Below are positions 31,419 to 42,097 of a stretch of DNA of 64,000 nt, in pieces. The stretch lies in assembly GCA_963833985.1 (NCBI GenBank), contig CAWIAD010000001.1, positions 2,144,001 to 2,208,000 on the forward strand, read 5' to 3'. The translations under genes were made by a program, and so were the position numbers. This DNA comes from an uncultured Planctomycetaceae bacterium. Lineage in GTDB: Bacteria; Planctomycetota; Planctomycetia; Isosphaerales; Isosphaeraceae. The notes under the pieces are model-generated. The model had not been told where the DNA came from. It did no database searches and worked only from the letters and a program-made list of their open reading frames with translations. The stretch's first letter is position 1, and each line of letters begins with the position of its first letter.

Positions 31419-32300
31419 TCAGCTTCGACGTAGCTGGTCGGCACGCGCGGCGAGCTTGATGACGGCAGCGTGGAAGAGCCCCCGGGCGTTCGGGCTGGCC
31501 GAGCGGTAGCTGTCGACGAAGCCATCAGCCTGGGTCCACGTGATCACTTGCATGATCTGGCGTGACATGAGCTCGAGTAGCTCATCGATGGTCGGGGCCG
31601 AGACCGAGACCGGGCCTTCGCTGGCGACCGAGCGAGGGTCCGGCTCACCCTGCCAGTGAATCTCGTCAGCGGCCTTTCCCTTGGCCCTGGAAGGCCCGGC
31701 CGCTTCGATGGGGGGAGCCGCCGTCGCGCCCATGCCACGGCGACCGCTTTCTGCGCTGTCGTCGGCATCTTCCGGCTTGCTCTTGGGCCGTTCCGGCTGC
31801 TCGCGGGGAATCCCGGCGGAAGTGTAGAGCTTGCCATCGGAGCCAACCCGTCCCGGGTTATTGGGAATCTGGTTGCCTTCGATGAGCTGCCGGCGGATCT
31901 TGGCGACGAGCTCGCGGCTGACGGCGAGTTCTTCGGACATGCGACGGTCCGACCAGTCGTGATGCAGCTTGAGCTTCACCTCCACGGCGCGCCGACGTTC
32001 CGATCGGCTCAGCGGCAGGCCGTGGAAGAGGTTGACGCTGGCGACGAAGTCGAGCGCGTCGGTGAAGCTGCCGACGACGATCTCGGCGGGAATGGTCCGC
32101 TTGCCCAGCATCACGGCGGCGGCGTGACGGTGAAAGCCGTCGGCGACCAGCCATTTGCCATCCACCTCGTATACGGTGATCGGCGGCAACCGATCCCACG
32201 AATCTGCATAGCGTTCGACCGTGAAGTCGTCGAGCCGGTCTCTCAGGTTGAGATTGGGATCGAGGACCAGGTCGCTCAGTGGCACGTTCCGGATGTCCAT
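31419..32300 (-). CDS. ParB/Srx N-terminal domain protein with HTH
   Basis: LPPITV...LVADGFHRH (GxxR), NLFHGLPLSRSERRRAV, WSDRRMSEELAVSRELVAKIR. Confidence 0.8.
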   Translation of the reverse strand: MDIRNVPLSDLVLDPNLNLRDRLDDFTVERYADSWDRLPPITVYEVDGKWLVADGFHRHAAAVMLGKRTIPAEIVVGSFTDALDFVASVNLFHGLPLSRSERRRAVEVKLKLHHDWSDRRMSEELAVSRELVAKIRRQLIEGNQIPNNPGRVGSDGKLYTSAGIPREQPERPKSKPEDADDSAESGRRGMGATAAPPIEAAGPSRAKGKAADEIHWQGEPDPRSVASEGPVSVSAPTIDELLELMSRQIMQVITWTQADGFVDSYRSASPNARGLFHAAVIKLAARADQLRRS

Positions 32301-32453
32301 CGCGGCCGCTCCCACGTTGCTCGTACAAGAAAGGAAATGTGCGCTATCGAGTCGTTTCCCAGCAGGCTCTGTTGGCCTATGATCGGCAGAGCGATCGCGC
32401 GGCTTGCGAAAGATCGAAAGATCGATCAGATCCAGGGTGGGGAGCTAACGAAG

Positions 32454-33329
32454 ATGAGGATTCTCGTGACGGGAGCGACCGGGCAGCTAGGTTCGTACCT
32501 TGCTCTCGAACTGGCTCGCGACGACGCATGGCAGCCGATTCTCTGGAGCCGCCAGACGGAGAAGAGCCTGGCGGGACTGAGCGTTCGTTCTGTCGACCAG
32601 ACCGATCCAGACCTCTTGCTCTCGGCCCTCGACGAGGCGGACCCTGAGGTCGTCATCCACGCGGCCGCGATGAGTGCGGCCGAGTCCGTACGCCAGGCAC
32701 CCGAAGCCGCCTGGAGAATCAACGTGGAGGCGACCGGGCGGCTTGCTCGCTGGTGTCGGCAGCACGGCCGCAAGCTGGTCTTCACGTCGACCGACCTGGT
32801 CTTTGACGGCACGCGCGGGTGGTATCGCGAGAGTGACACACCGGCGCCGGTGCTGGCCTACGGCCGCACCAAGGCCGCGGCCGAGCGTCTGGCGCTCGAG
32901 GCTCCCGGCGCCGTGGTCGCCAGGCTTGCGCTGCTGTACGGTGCCTCGTGCGCCGGCCGCCCCTCGTTCTTCGACCGTGCCATCGAGCGACTGAAAGCTG
33001 GCGAGCCGCAAACATTCTTCGAGGACGAGCTCCGAACGCCACTGCATTACGCCACGGCGGCCCGGGCGCTGCTTCACCTTGCCAGGACTGAGGCAAGCGG
33101 CGTCGTCCACCTTGCGGGCCGCGAGCGAGTGAGCCGGTACGAGCTCATGCAAAGAGCCGCGCAGGCGCAGGGGCTTGACCCCGCGCTGGTGCGTGCGAAC
33201 CGGCGGCAGGATGCGGCTCTGGCCGAGCCTCGACCGGCCGATGTCTCGCTGGACTGCCGTCTGCTCGAATCGCTCTTGCCCGCGCTGGAGCGGCCCTCCA
33301 TCGAGGCCGCGCTCCTGGCCAGCGCGTGA
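32454..33329 (+). CDS. RmlD-like extended SDR (dTDP-4-dehydrorhamnose reductase family)
   Basis: LVTGATGQLG, STDLVFDG, YGRTK, RPADVSLD. Confidence 0.88.
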   Translation: MRILVTGATGQLGSYLALELARDDAWQPILWSRQTEKSLAGLSVRSVDQTDPDLLLSALDEADPEVVIHAAAMSAAESVRQAPEAAWRINVEATGRLARWCRQHGRKLVFTSTDLVFDGTRGWYRESDTPAPVLAYGRTKAAAERLALEAPGAVVARLALLYGASCAGRPSFFDRAIERLKAGEPQTFFEDELRTPLHYATAARALLHLARTEASGVVHLAGRERVSRYELMQRAAQAQGLDPALVRANRRQDAALAEPRPADVSLDCRLLESLLPALERPSIEAALLASA

Positions 33330-33350
33330 TGGCCGGCACCGTGGCACGGG

Positions 33351-34843
33351 TCATGTGACGCCAGGGGGGCGACGGCGCGAGAGGATGCTCCACGCGGGGA
33401 GTCCCAGCAGAATGAGGCCGATACCAGCCAGCGCCTGCACGCGGCTCTGCACGTCCAGCAGCATGTTGCCCAGCAGCAGGACGGCGGCCACGGTGTAGAG
33501 GAGTGGAGTGACCGGATAGCCCCAGGTGCGATAGGGACGGGGCAGGTCCGGCTGCTTGAACCGCAGCACGAAGACGCTGGTGATGGCCATCAAGTAGAAG
33601 AGGTTGGCGCCGAAGATCACGTAGGTGAGCAGGATGTCGTACAGGGGCGTCTGGTTCAGTGCGCTCCAGGCACGGACAACGGGTGCCAGGAGCAGGTCTG
33701 CGTTGCCGCCTGAAAGCCGCGGGGGCGGTATGAGGATGAGCGCCGTGGCGGCGATGGTGAGCAGGCTCGCCCACAGACCCTGGGCAATGATGGCGTTGGC
33801 CGGGGTCTCGAATCGGTCGTGGACCCGGCAGAACGCGCGCGGCAAGAGGCCGTCACGGGCCATGGCGAAGTAAGCCCGTGGCCCCGTGAGGGCGTTCCCA
33901 TTCAGCGAGATGAACGTGGAGCACATCACCAGCAGCGAGATCCCCACCACCCCGGGTTCGCCCAGCAGGTGGCGGCAGTAGACGGCCGCGACCGCCTTCT
34001 CGATTCCGTCTTCCTCCTGGTTGGCCGAGGCAACCTCCTGGAGCGGGAGCACGTAGTGGTAAGCCAGCGTCATGCCCAGGTAGACGGCGATGAGCGTGGC
34101 CATGCCGAGGATGAGGGCACGCGGCAGGTTGCGTCCCGGCTCACGCACCTCCTCGCCCAGCGGGGTGATGTTCACCCAGCCGTCGTAGGCCCAGAGCACA
34201 TGGACCATGGCCGCCATCATTCCGGTGAGCAGTGAGCTTGAGTAAACGGCTGGCCAGACGGGCTGAAGGTGGCGTGCCGAGCCCTGGCCCAGCAAGAGCG
34301 GCAGCAACATGAGCAGGAGGATGCCTCCGACCTTGATGGCGGTGCCGGCGACCTGGAGTGCACCTCCCCGGCGCGTGCCGAGCACGTTCACCACCGTGAC
34401 AAGGGCGATGGCGGCCACGGCCGCAACCGCTTGCCAGACGCGATCGTCGATGGCACCCGTCGGCCGGACGAGCAGGACGAAGTAACGCGCGAAGGCCGCC
34501 GCCAGCGTGGCCATGGAGCCGGTCCGCGCCACGGTGAACTCGGTCCAGCCGAAGAGGAACGCGGGCAGGCGCCCGTAGGCCGCGCGCAGGTAGACATAGG
34601 GTCCGCCCGCCTGCGGCATCATGGCACCCAGCTCGGCGAGGGTCAGCGCCCGGCCGCGCTGAAGATCCCCCCCACAATCCACACCAGGGCGATGCCGCCG
34701 AAGTACGGCACCTCGCCGGCAACCTTCGCCGGCACGAGGAAGATACCCGAGCCGATCACGCAGCCAACCACGACGCAGAACGCCTGGACCGGCCCGAGCA
34801 CGCGCGGCAGGGTGACGCTCCGCTGTTCCAGGTCCAGGCTCAT
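33351..34843 (-). CDS. APC-family amino acid permease (apparent frameshift ~34650)
   Basis: IGSGIF in one frame continues in the other as LTLAELGAMMPQAGGPYVYL, WAYDGW, RPYRTWGYP. Confidence 0.88.
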
Positions 34844-37290
34844 TCACGTGGCTCCCGGTCAAGGCCGCCGGTCTTGATCGCCTGCATCACGCGTTCCAGT
34901 GCGCCGCTCGCCCGGTCGATCGCACGTGCGGTCAGGTCGATGGCCGGCCCAAGCTGCTCGGGCTTCTTCTCCTCGAGTACCTGCCGGACCGCCGGCAACG
35001 GCCAGGCGCCGTAACCGGTCGTGACGCCCGGCGCATACACGGCGTGCTTGAACCAGGTGCGGCCCGCCAGGCCCTCGGGCAGCAGGAACGCGCGCTCGAC
35101 GCGCGCCAGCGCGGCGTTCACCGGCTCGATTGCTTCGGCGGCAAGGGAGTGCCGGCGCGCGACCTGATCGAGCGCGCGGTCGACCTTGGCCGCCCGGGCC
35201 TGGAACCCGCGGACCGCTGTGATCAGGGGCAGGAACAGCTCGGTCACTTCGGCGGCCTCCGACGACTTCCGCGCCGGGTCTAGCTTGCCGCGAAGCTGGC
35301 GGACCCGAATGAGGCGCAACTCGTCAACATGGTCGCGCAGCGCCTCGCCGTACGGGACGAATCGCAAGGGGAGCAGTTCGGCCCCGGCCGCCCGCATCAT
35401 AAGGATCGTGTACAGCCGGGCGGCGGTCGCGTGCGTCAGGAATTCGGGGTCGCCAAACTTCTCCATCCAGTTGAAGTCGTCATAGATGGAATGGTAAACG
35501 CCGTAGCTGCCGGAGAAGCCCATGTCAAAGGATGGAATGGCCAGGTGATCCAGAAAGGCAGTGTAGTCCGAACCAGAGCCGAGCGGGTGAAGCTGGGCCA
35601 CGAAACCACGCGGCTGCTTCGGCGACGGGTTCCCCTCGGAACTCTCACCGTTGCGTTCCCAGACCGGGTCGCTGGTATCCAGCGGGCTTGTGGAGGTCCA
35701 GGCCGAGCGTCTGGCATCCATCCAGATGTCGTGGAGGGTCTTGCCGGTACGGAGGTCGGTGATGGCCCTGGCGGAGTCGAGGGCCAGATCGCGGAGTGAT
35801 GGAACACCGCCCATCTCGAGGTCGCGCCCGCTCACGGCAGAGTCCACGTTCAGCAGCAGTGCCAGCTTCTGATCGACGGCCCGGGCGTGTTCCTCGGCCC
35901 ACTCGGTGGAGCCCACCAGCCCGTACTCCTCCGCGTCCCAGCTTGCATAGACGAGCGTGCGCCTGGGCTTCCAGCCGGTCTTGACCGCCTCGCCAATCGC
36001 CCGGCACATCTCCAGCGTCGCGGCCGTGCCGCTGGAGGGATCGACGGCCCCGAAGACCCACGCATCACGGTGGTTTCCCACCATGATCCAGCGATCGGGC
36101 TCCACGGTACCGGGAATGGTGGCCATCACGTTCCAGATCGGCCGCAGCTTGTAGTCCATCATCACGGAGAACTCGACCTCGGCCGGGCCGGGCCCCACGT
36201 GATAGGCCAGCGGCAGACCGCCCTGCCAGCCAGAAGGAACGTTCGGGCCGGCCAGTACCTGGAAGATCTCACGCGCGTTGTCATAGCTGATCGGCAGCGA
36301 GGGGATCGTGGCGTAGTAGTCCTGGCGCTTCAGGCCGGTCTGCGTTTGCCAGTCCTTGACGGAAACCGGATTGCGTGGGTGGAGCACGTTCGTCGCGGGA
36401 CGGTCGAGGGGAAAGCCGTAGTCCTCGTCGAAGGGGAGCCGCTCGGCGTTCTTGACCGATGGACCGCGCGGCGTGGAGGGATCACCCGGGCCCAGCGACA
36501 GGAACTGGACGCTGCCGCGCTGGATTGCCGAGCCCGGTCGATACGGGCCGGCAGGGTAGACGTCGCCCCGGGCAAAGCCGTCATCGGCCGGATCCGAGTA
36601 AATGAGGATGCCGCGCGCGCCATGCTTCTGAGCATTGAGAACCTTCAGCCCGCGGAAGTTGCCGCCATAGCGCGCCAGCACAACCTTGTCCTGCACCGAG
36701 ATTCCCAGCTTCTCGAGCGCGTCGAAGTCTTCGGGCCGGCCGTAGTTAACGTAGACGACCTGCCCGCTCGCCAGGCCGCTGATGCCGTAGCCATGGAAGG
36801 CGCCGAACGCCTGGGAACTGGCGGAGTCCTTGTCGACCGCCAGGGGCGCCTCGTCCACGCGCAGGGCCTTTATGACCGGCAGGCGGAGCTGGAGCGATGG
36901 CCGGCCCAGGGGAAAGTTCAGCAACACCTCGTACGAGACCATCTCGGCCTTCCAGCCCCACTCCGCCAGCCGGTCGCGGACGAAGAGCGCCGTCTTGTAG
37001 TCGCCCGGCGTACCGGCGACGTGCGGCTCGGCGGTGAGGGTACGCAGCCATTTCCGGGCACTTTCAGGAGTGGGCACGCCGAGCGCGTGGCGCTCGGCCG
37101 CAAGCTGCCGTGCGCGCGAGGCTTCACTGAAGCCGATCGGCGAGGGCGACGCTGCTGCCGATGCCGGCGCATCCGCGCCATGAGCTTTCGTGTCGCCGCC
37201 GGCTCCCTGCGGGCCTTGCCCGAGTGCCGTTGAACCGATCAGGAAGAACGCTGGGAGAAGCTGAACCAGGCCGAAACCGGGTCGCCGCAT
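34840..37290 (-). CDS. M28 glutamate carboxypeptidase II-like peptidase (PA and TfR-dimerisation domains)
   Basis: EPHVAGT, GNHRDAW, DPSSGTA, WDAEEYGL, GSGSDY, YHSIYD; signal peptide. Confidence 0.92.
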   Translation of the reverse strand: MRRPGFGLVQLLPAFFLIGSTALGQGPQGAGGDTKAHGADAPASAAASPSPIGFSEASRARQLAAERHALGVPTPESARKWLRTLTAEPHVAGTPGDYKTALFVRDRLAEWGWKAEMVSYEVLLNFPLGRPSLQLRLPVIKALRVDEAPLAVDKDSASSQAFGAFHGYGISGLASGQVVYVNYGRPEDFDALEKLGISVQDKVVLARYGGNFRGLKVLNAQKHGARGILIYSDPADDGFARGDVYPAGPYRPGSAIQRGSVQFLSLGPGDPSTPRGPSVKNAERLPFDEDYGFPLDRPATNVLHPRNPVSVKDWQTQTGLKRQDYYATIPSLPISYDNAREIFQVLAGPNVPSGWQGGLPLAYHVGPGPAEVEFSVMMDYKLRPIWNVMATIPGTVEPDRWIMVGNHRDAWVFGAVDPSSGTAATLEMCRAIGEAVKTGWKPRRTLVYASWDAEEYGLVGSTEWAEEHARAVDQKLALLLNVDSAVSGRDLEMGGVPSLRDLALDSARAITDLRTGKTLHDIWMDARRSAWTSTSPLDTSDPVWERNGESSEGNPSPKQPRGFVAQLHPLGSGSDYTAFLDHLAIPSFDMGFSGSYGVYHSIYDDFNWMEKFGDPEFLTHATAARLYTILMMRAAGAELLPLRFVPYGEALRDHVDELRLIRVRQLRGKLDPARKSSEAAEVTELFLPLITAVRGFQARAAKVDRALDQVARRHSLAAEAIEPVNAALARVERAFLLPEGLAGRTWFKHAVYAPGVTTGYGAWPLPAVRQVLEEKKPEQLGPAIDLTARAIDRASGALERVMQAIKTGGLDREPRE

Positions 37291-37562
37291 GGCCGGACCT
37301 CACTTCAATAACGGGTGCTTGACAGAACGGGCTGGCCGGCGTCACACTCTGGCCTGGAATGATGGCTGAACCACCGCGGGGCGAGGATCCCGGTTCTTCA
37401 CCGTCCACTCGCACTCCTGCTGGCGCCGGGGAGAGGAACCCAGGATACGGTTCCAGGCCCCTCGACACCAGACTCACGCGGCAAAGAGGCGCGGACCAGC
37501 GCCAGTCACATCCTGCGAGATGCGGGACTCCCTCAGGCTCAGACACGATTGCGAGACTCACG

Positions 37563-39114
37563 ATGATGGGAGTCGTGCCCGTGGTGCTCATCCTGCTGGC
37601 CCAGGCCGGCCCCGACGCTGCCGGGACGGCACGCCCACTCGCCGCCGGCGGTTACTGCCCTACCGGGTCGATGACTGAGCTCCATGACACCGGACTGCTG
37701 GCGCGGCTGCGTGACCCGGAAGCGCGGCCGCTCGGGTTCAGCTCGTACGACCGCACCGGCGGCAACAACGACGGGTTCAGCGGAACGTACTCAAAGCTCA
37801 GAACCGAGGGCGACAACTCGGTGCTGGCCGAGGTGGACGGCCCGGGAATCATTCAGCGCATCTGGTTCACGCACACGTCCGGTGAGCGCCCCGGCCTCCT
37901 CGACCATAAACACGAGCATATCAAGATTTTTCTTGATAACATCGAGCGGCCGGCTCTGGATGTTCCACTGGAGACGCTCTTCTCCGGAGCCCATCCGCAC
38001 TTTCCCCGTCCGCTGGTGTCCGAGGGATCGGGCGGGTTTGTCTCGTATGTCCCGGTTCCGTTCCGGCGCGGCTGCAAGGTGCTCATCGAAGGTCAGGGGG
38101 TGCGGTTCTACCAGATCGGCGTGCTGGCTCTGCCGGAGTCGGCGGCTGCCGCGGTGACGTCGTTTACCGCGGAGCCCAGGTCCCAAGAACGCACCGAGCT
38201 GGCGCATGCCGCGGCCGTGTGGGACCGGCCTGGCGCGTACGAGGAGAGCGAGCTGTCCGCGGCCGACGTGGCGAGCTACGAAGTGCAGGGCGTGGCAGGC
38301 AGCCGTCACGATTACGTGCTCCGCGCAGGCCCGGCCACCGTGCCGCTCACTGGAGGTGATCCCCGCGGCAACATTCGAAGAGGCGTGGAGAGAGGCCCGC
38401 CTGCGCATGGTCTGGGATGATGACGACACGGAGCATGCCGCGGTGGATCTGCCGCTGGGCCTGGCCTTCGGCTGTGTCGATGCGGCGCGTCCTTACGAGT
38501 CGCTTCTGATGGGCCAGCGCAGGCGCGCCTGGTATAACCGTTTCCCTATGCCGTACCGCCGCCAGGCCCTGCTCAGGATCGACACCGCAAGACCGCTCAA
38601 AGGGACCATCCGGGTCCGCTCCGTGCGCGGGACGGCGCCGGAGGCGGGCTTCTTGCATATGGCTCTGAAGGAAGCAGTGCCGGCACGTGCGGGCGAGGAC
38701 TTCGGGTGGCTCAAGGAAGAAGGCCGCGGTCATTTCGCGGGGGTCCTGCTCTTGACCGAGGGCAAGGCCCGGCTGCCCTTCTGGCTGGAGGGGGATGACC
38801 GGTTCGTGGTGGATGGCCGGCTTGCCATCCACGGCACGGGGACCGAGGATTACTTCAACTGTGGTTGGTATGCCTTGCCGGGCCGGCTCGACGGGCCGGC
38901 GGCCTATCCTGTGCATGGCTTCCCCATCTACCGCCAGCAAGGCGAACGCTGGCAGGCGGCGGCTTACCGCTGGCACCTGAGCGACCCGGTGATGTTTGCT
39001 CGCTCCATCACCGCGGGAATTGAGCATGGTGGAGAGAATAACGTCGCGGCGGACTACCGCGCGGCGGTATGTTGGTACTCGGAACGCCCCGGCAGTGGCC
39101 GGACCTATCCCTGA
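37563..39114 (+). CDS. DUF2961 (GH172-like) protein (apparent frameshift ~38343)
   Basis: SSYDRTGGNNDG, GPGIIQRIWFT; second frame has FPMPY, LEGDD, HGTGTEDYFN, IEHG. Confidence 0.82.
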
Positions 39115-39179
39115 GCTCGTCCTTCACCCGACGGCAGGCGGCTTCTTCTCTCCCGGTCCGATTCCTCGAGGTGAGCACC

Positions 39180-39718
39180 ATGTCCTTGCATTTCACAGTC
39201 GGCGGCGCCCGCGACACCTTTGAGCCCGGCTATGCCGCGGAGGTCGCCGAACTGCTCGACAACGCCTTCGGCGCGGAGAGCCAGTGGGAACGCTCCACGG
39301 CGCTGCATTACGGCGAACAGGCGGACTGGGGCTGGTCCGAGCTCCAGCGCCGCGCCACGGCGGAGCTTGATCCCGCGGCGATCCCGAACTTGCTGGCGAT
39401 CGCGGCGGAGCAGGGGGAGTCTTCCTGCCGGCACACGTCCGGACCATCTCGCTGCCGCTCTCGGCCGGCGTGCCGCTCAAATGCGCCAGCCTGCACGGTC
39501 TGCGTGGCGAGCTTGCGGAACTGGCACGCTGCTGGGAACTGCCCCAGGATGACCAGGGCTTGCAGCAGCTTCTGGAGGTTGCCTGCGATCCCGATGACGG
39601 CTGCGTGGCCGAGCCACCGGAGATCCTCACCTTCGCCCGGCTGGCGCTCGCCGCCAACGAGGCGGCGCGGCGCGATTGCCCGCTCTGGCTGGTGGGCAAG
39701 ACGGGGCTGGGAGACTGA
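39180..39718 (+). CDS. Hypothetical protein, ~180 aa (apparent frameshift ~39415)
   Basis: ATG after GAGGTG; two frames join at a G5 run; GC3-rich codon usage; no recognisable motif. Confidence 0.6.
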
Positions 39719-39792
39719 CGGCCAAGCGCCATCCAGTCGCCGCGGCTCAGGGCACCATGATCTGGATGGTTGCATAGGGAGGGAGCACGGGG

Positions 39793-40542
39793 TTGCCCGC
39801 GCAACGGTCGCTGGCGCTGGTGGTGCGCACGGTCGAGGTCTTCGAGACCAGCCTGGTCGTGACGCTGTTCACCCGTGAGCTGGGCAAGGTCTCTGCTCTG
39901 GCCAAGGGGGGCAGGCGGCTCAAGTCGCCCTTCCAGGGTGGGCTTGACCTGCTCAGCGTTTCGGATATTGTCTTGCTGCCCAAGGCGTCAGAGTCCCTCG
40001 ACCTCTTGACCGAGGCCGTGCCTCTGGAGCGCTTCGCATGTCTTCGCCGCGATCTGGCGGCCCTGTATGCCGGCTATTACGTTGCCGAACTGCTGACCGA
40101 TCTGACCGACTATCACGATCCGCACCCCAAGCTGTTCGAAGCGGCCAGGACCACCTTGCGGCACCTGGGGGATCCCGAATTGCGGACGCGAAGGGTCTTG
40201 AGATTCGAGCTGGCCTGTCTTCGTGAGCTGGGACTCATGCCCGCGCTGGACTGCTGTGCGCATTGCGGAACGCCCGTCGAGATGCGTGGGGACGTGGCTT
40301 TCGGCCTGGCGACCGGGGGAGTGCTCTGTCCGTCTTGCAGGCCGGGACAGCCGCACGTGACCACGCTCTCACCGGCTGCACTCGACGCCATCCGTGTCCT
40401 CGCCAGCCCTGGACGGGCGTGGCGTGATCTGGCGGCCGGTCCGCCGGGTTCCAACCTTGGTGCCGCGCGACAGACCGTCGGCGCAGTGATCAGTCACATC
40501 CTGGGGCACCGCCCCCGGGTCTTGCCTTTTCTCGGAGCGTGA
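39793..40542 (+). CDS. recO: DNA repair protein RecO
   Basis: ETSLVVTLFTRELGKVSALAKG, FELACLRELG, CAHCG...CPSC zinc finger. Confidence 0.93.
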   Translation: MPAQRSLALVVRTVEVFETSLVVTLFTRELGKVSALAKGGRRLKSPFQGGLDLLSVSDIVLLPKASESLDLLTEAVPLERFACLRRDLAALYAGYYVAELLTDLTDYHDPHPKLFEAARTTLRHLGDPELRTRRVLRFELACLRELGLMPALDCCAHCGTPVEMRGDVAFGLATGGVLCPSCRPGQPHVTTLSPAALDAIRVLASPGRAWRDLAAGPPGSNLGAARQTVGAVISHILGHRPRVLPFLGA

Positions 40543-40546
40543 ACCG

Positions 40547-42052
40547 ATGAGCCTGGTCCCCCGGAACATCGGCGGGTCGCTCGCACCGTGGGGCGCGGAG
40601 CAGCCGGACTTGTGCTGGACCCCGAGCCATGCGATGCCGCATGAACCCAGCAAGCAGTGGGCGTCCTTTCCCTCCCTCCGCGGGTTGGCAAGAAACAACC
40701 CGACCGCCAGATCGATGGTCCAGACCGTCCTGGGGGCGTGCCTCGTCACCGCCCTTGCGGGATGCCAGGGGCTCAATATCCCGTTCGCGCAGTGGTCGGC
40801 GGGTTATGACCCCTCGCTGGCCAAGAAAATCACCGCGGATGAAAAGAAAGGGGGCGCCTCGGATAAGGTTGAGGAACCGCGGACGCTGATCCAGCGCTGG
40901 TTGAACCCCAATGCCAGCGTCGATACCAAGGACGAGAGCACGAAGCTGCCGTCCTCCAATTCACCCTCCTCGTTGATTCTTGGCTCCGACGGCTGGCGGC
41001 CGATGATGAAACCCGCGAAGAACCCGGAGGCCGAGAAACAGTTCGACGAGGCGATGAAACTGTTTCAGCAGGGCAAGTTCGCCGAGGCGGAGAAAGCCTT
41101 CGCCGCCATGGCCAAAAAGTGGAAAGACACGCCGCCCTGGGGCGAGAAGTCAGAGTACTACCTGGCAGAGAGCCAGTATCAACAAAAGAAATACGTCAAG
41201 GCCAACGATAGCTACGAGCGTCTCTTCGCGGACCATCCCGGCACCGATTACCTGGACAAGCTGGTCAGCCGCGAGTACTCGCTGGCGCAGCTCTGGCTGT
41301 TGCAGGCCGACCCGAAGGTCAAACCCGAGCAGAGACTTCCATGGTACTCGCATTTCACGGGTGAGCAGCCGCTCATTGACACCCAGGGCACAGCGCTGAA
41401 GGCCCTGGAACACGTCCGCCATCACTGGTCGGAGGGGCCGCTGGCCGACGACGCACTGATTCAGATCGCCGAATATCACATGAACAGCCACGATTACGAA
41501 TCGGCGGCCACCTACTACGATTATCTCATCGCCGACCACTCCAAGAGCCCCTTTTTCCAGAAAGCACAGCTCGCCGCAATCGACGCCCGCATGAAAGGCT
41601 ACCTCGGCCCCGAGTACGACGGCGCGGGGCTCGAGAAAGCCCGCGAGCTGGTCAAACAAACGATGACCAGCTTCCCCGACCACGCGAATTACGAGAACCT
41701 CTACCACACGCTCGACCTGATCAACGACCAGGAGGCGGAACGCACCTTCAGGATCGGCGAGTACTACAAGCGGATCGGCAAGGTCACCTCCGCCGAGTAC
41801 TACTTTGGCAAGCTCCCCCAGCGCTGGCCTTCCAGCCACTGGTCTGTGCAGGCGAAGACCGAACTCGCTCAGCTTGCCAAGCTGCCGCGGAAACCCTCCG
41901 TGCCCAGCAAGATCATGACCTCGCCCGGCTCCAACGACCCGTACTACAGCGCCGGCATGGGCGGCATGGGGCTTGGCGGTATGGGTGGCATGGGCGGCAT
42001 GGGCGGCGGTATGGGTGGCATGGGCGGCGGTATGCCGGGAGGCATGGGATGA
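40547..42052 (+). CDS. bamD: Outer membrane assembly lipoprotein BamD-like (TPR)
   Basis: Lipobox LAGC, TPR repeats, AEYYF...WPSS; followed by lptE; true start may be ATG 40715. Confidence 0.8.
   Translation: MSLVPRNIGGSLAPWGAEQPDLCWTPSHAMPHEPSKQWASFPSLRGLARNNPTARSMVQTVLGACLVTALAGCQGLNIPFAQWSAGYDPSLAKKITADEKKGGASDKVEEPRTLIQRWLNPNASVDTKDESTKLPSSNSPSSLILGSDGWRPMMKPAKNPEAEKQFDEAMKLFQQGKFAEAEKAFAAMAKKWKDTPPWGEKSEYYLAESQYQQKKYVKANDSYERLFADHPGTDYLDKLVSREYSLAQLWLLQADPKVKPEQRLPWYSHFTGEQPLIDTQGTALKALEHVRHHWSEGPLADDALIQIAEYHMNSHDYESAATYYDYLIADHSKSPFFQKAQLAAIDARMKGYLGPEYDGAGLEKARELVKQTMTSFPDHANYENLYHTLDLINDQEAERTFRIGEYYKRIGKVTSAEYYFGKLPQRWPSSHWSVQAKTELAQLAKLPRKPSVPSKIMTSPGSNDPYYSAGMGGMGLGGMGGMGGMGGGMGGMGGGMPGGMG
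41954..42049 (+). repeat. Gly-Gly-Met low-complexity coding repeat
   Basis: GGCATGGGCGGCATG units encoding [32 protein letters not shown]. Confidence 0.85.
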
Positions 42053-42097
42053 CGATCCACTCCCGCGTCCAGGCCGCAAGCAGGGAGAGCGAGGGCC

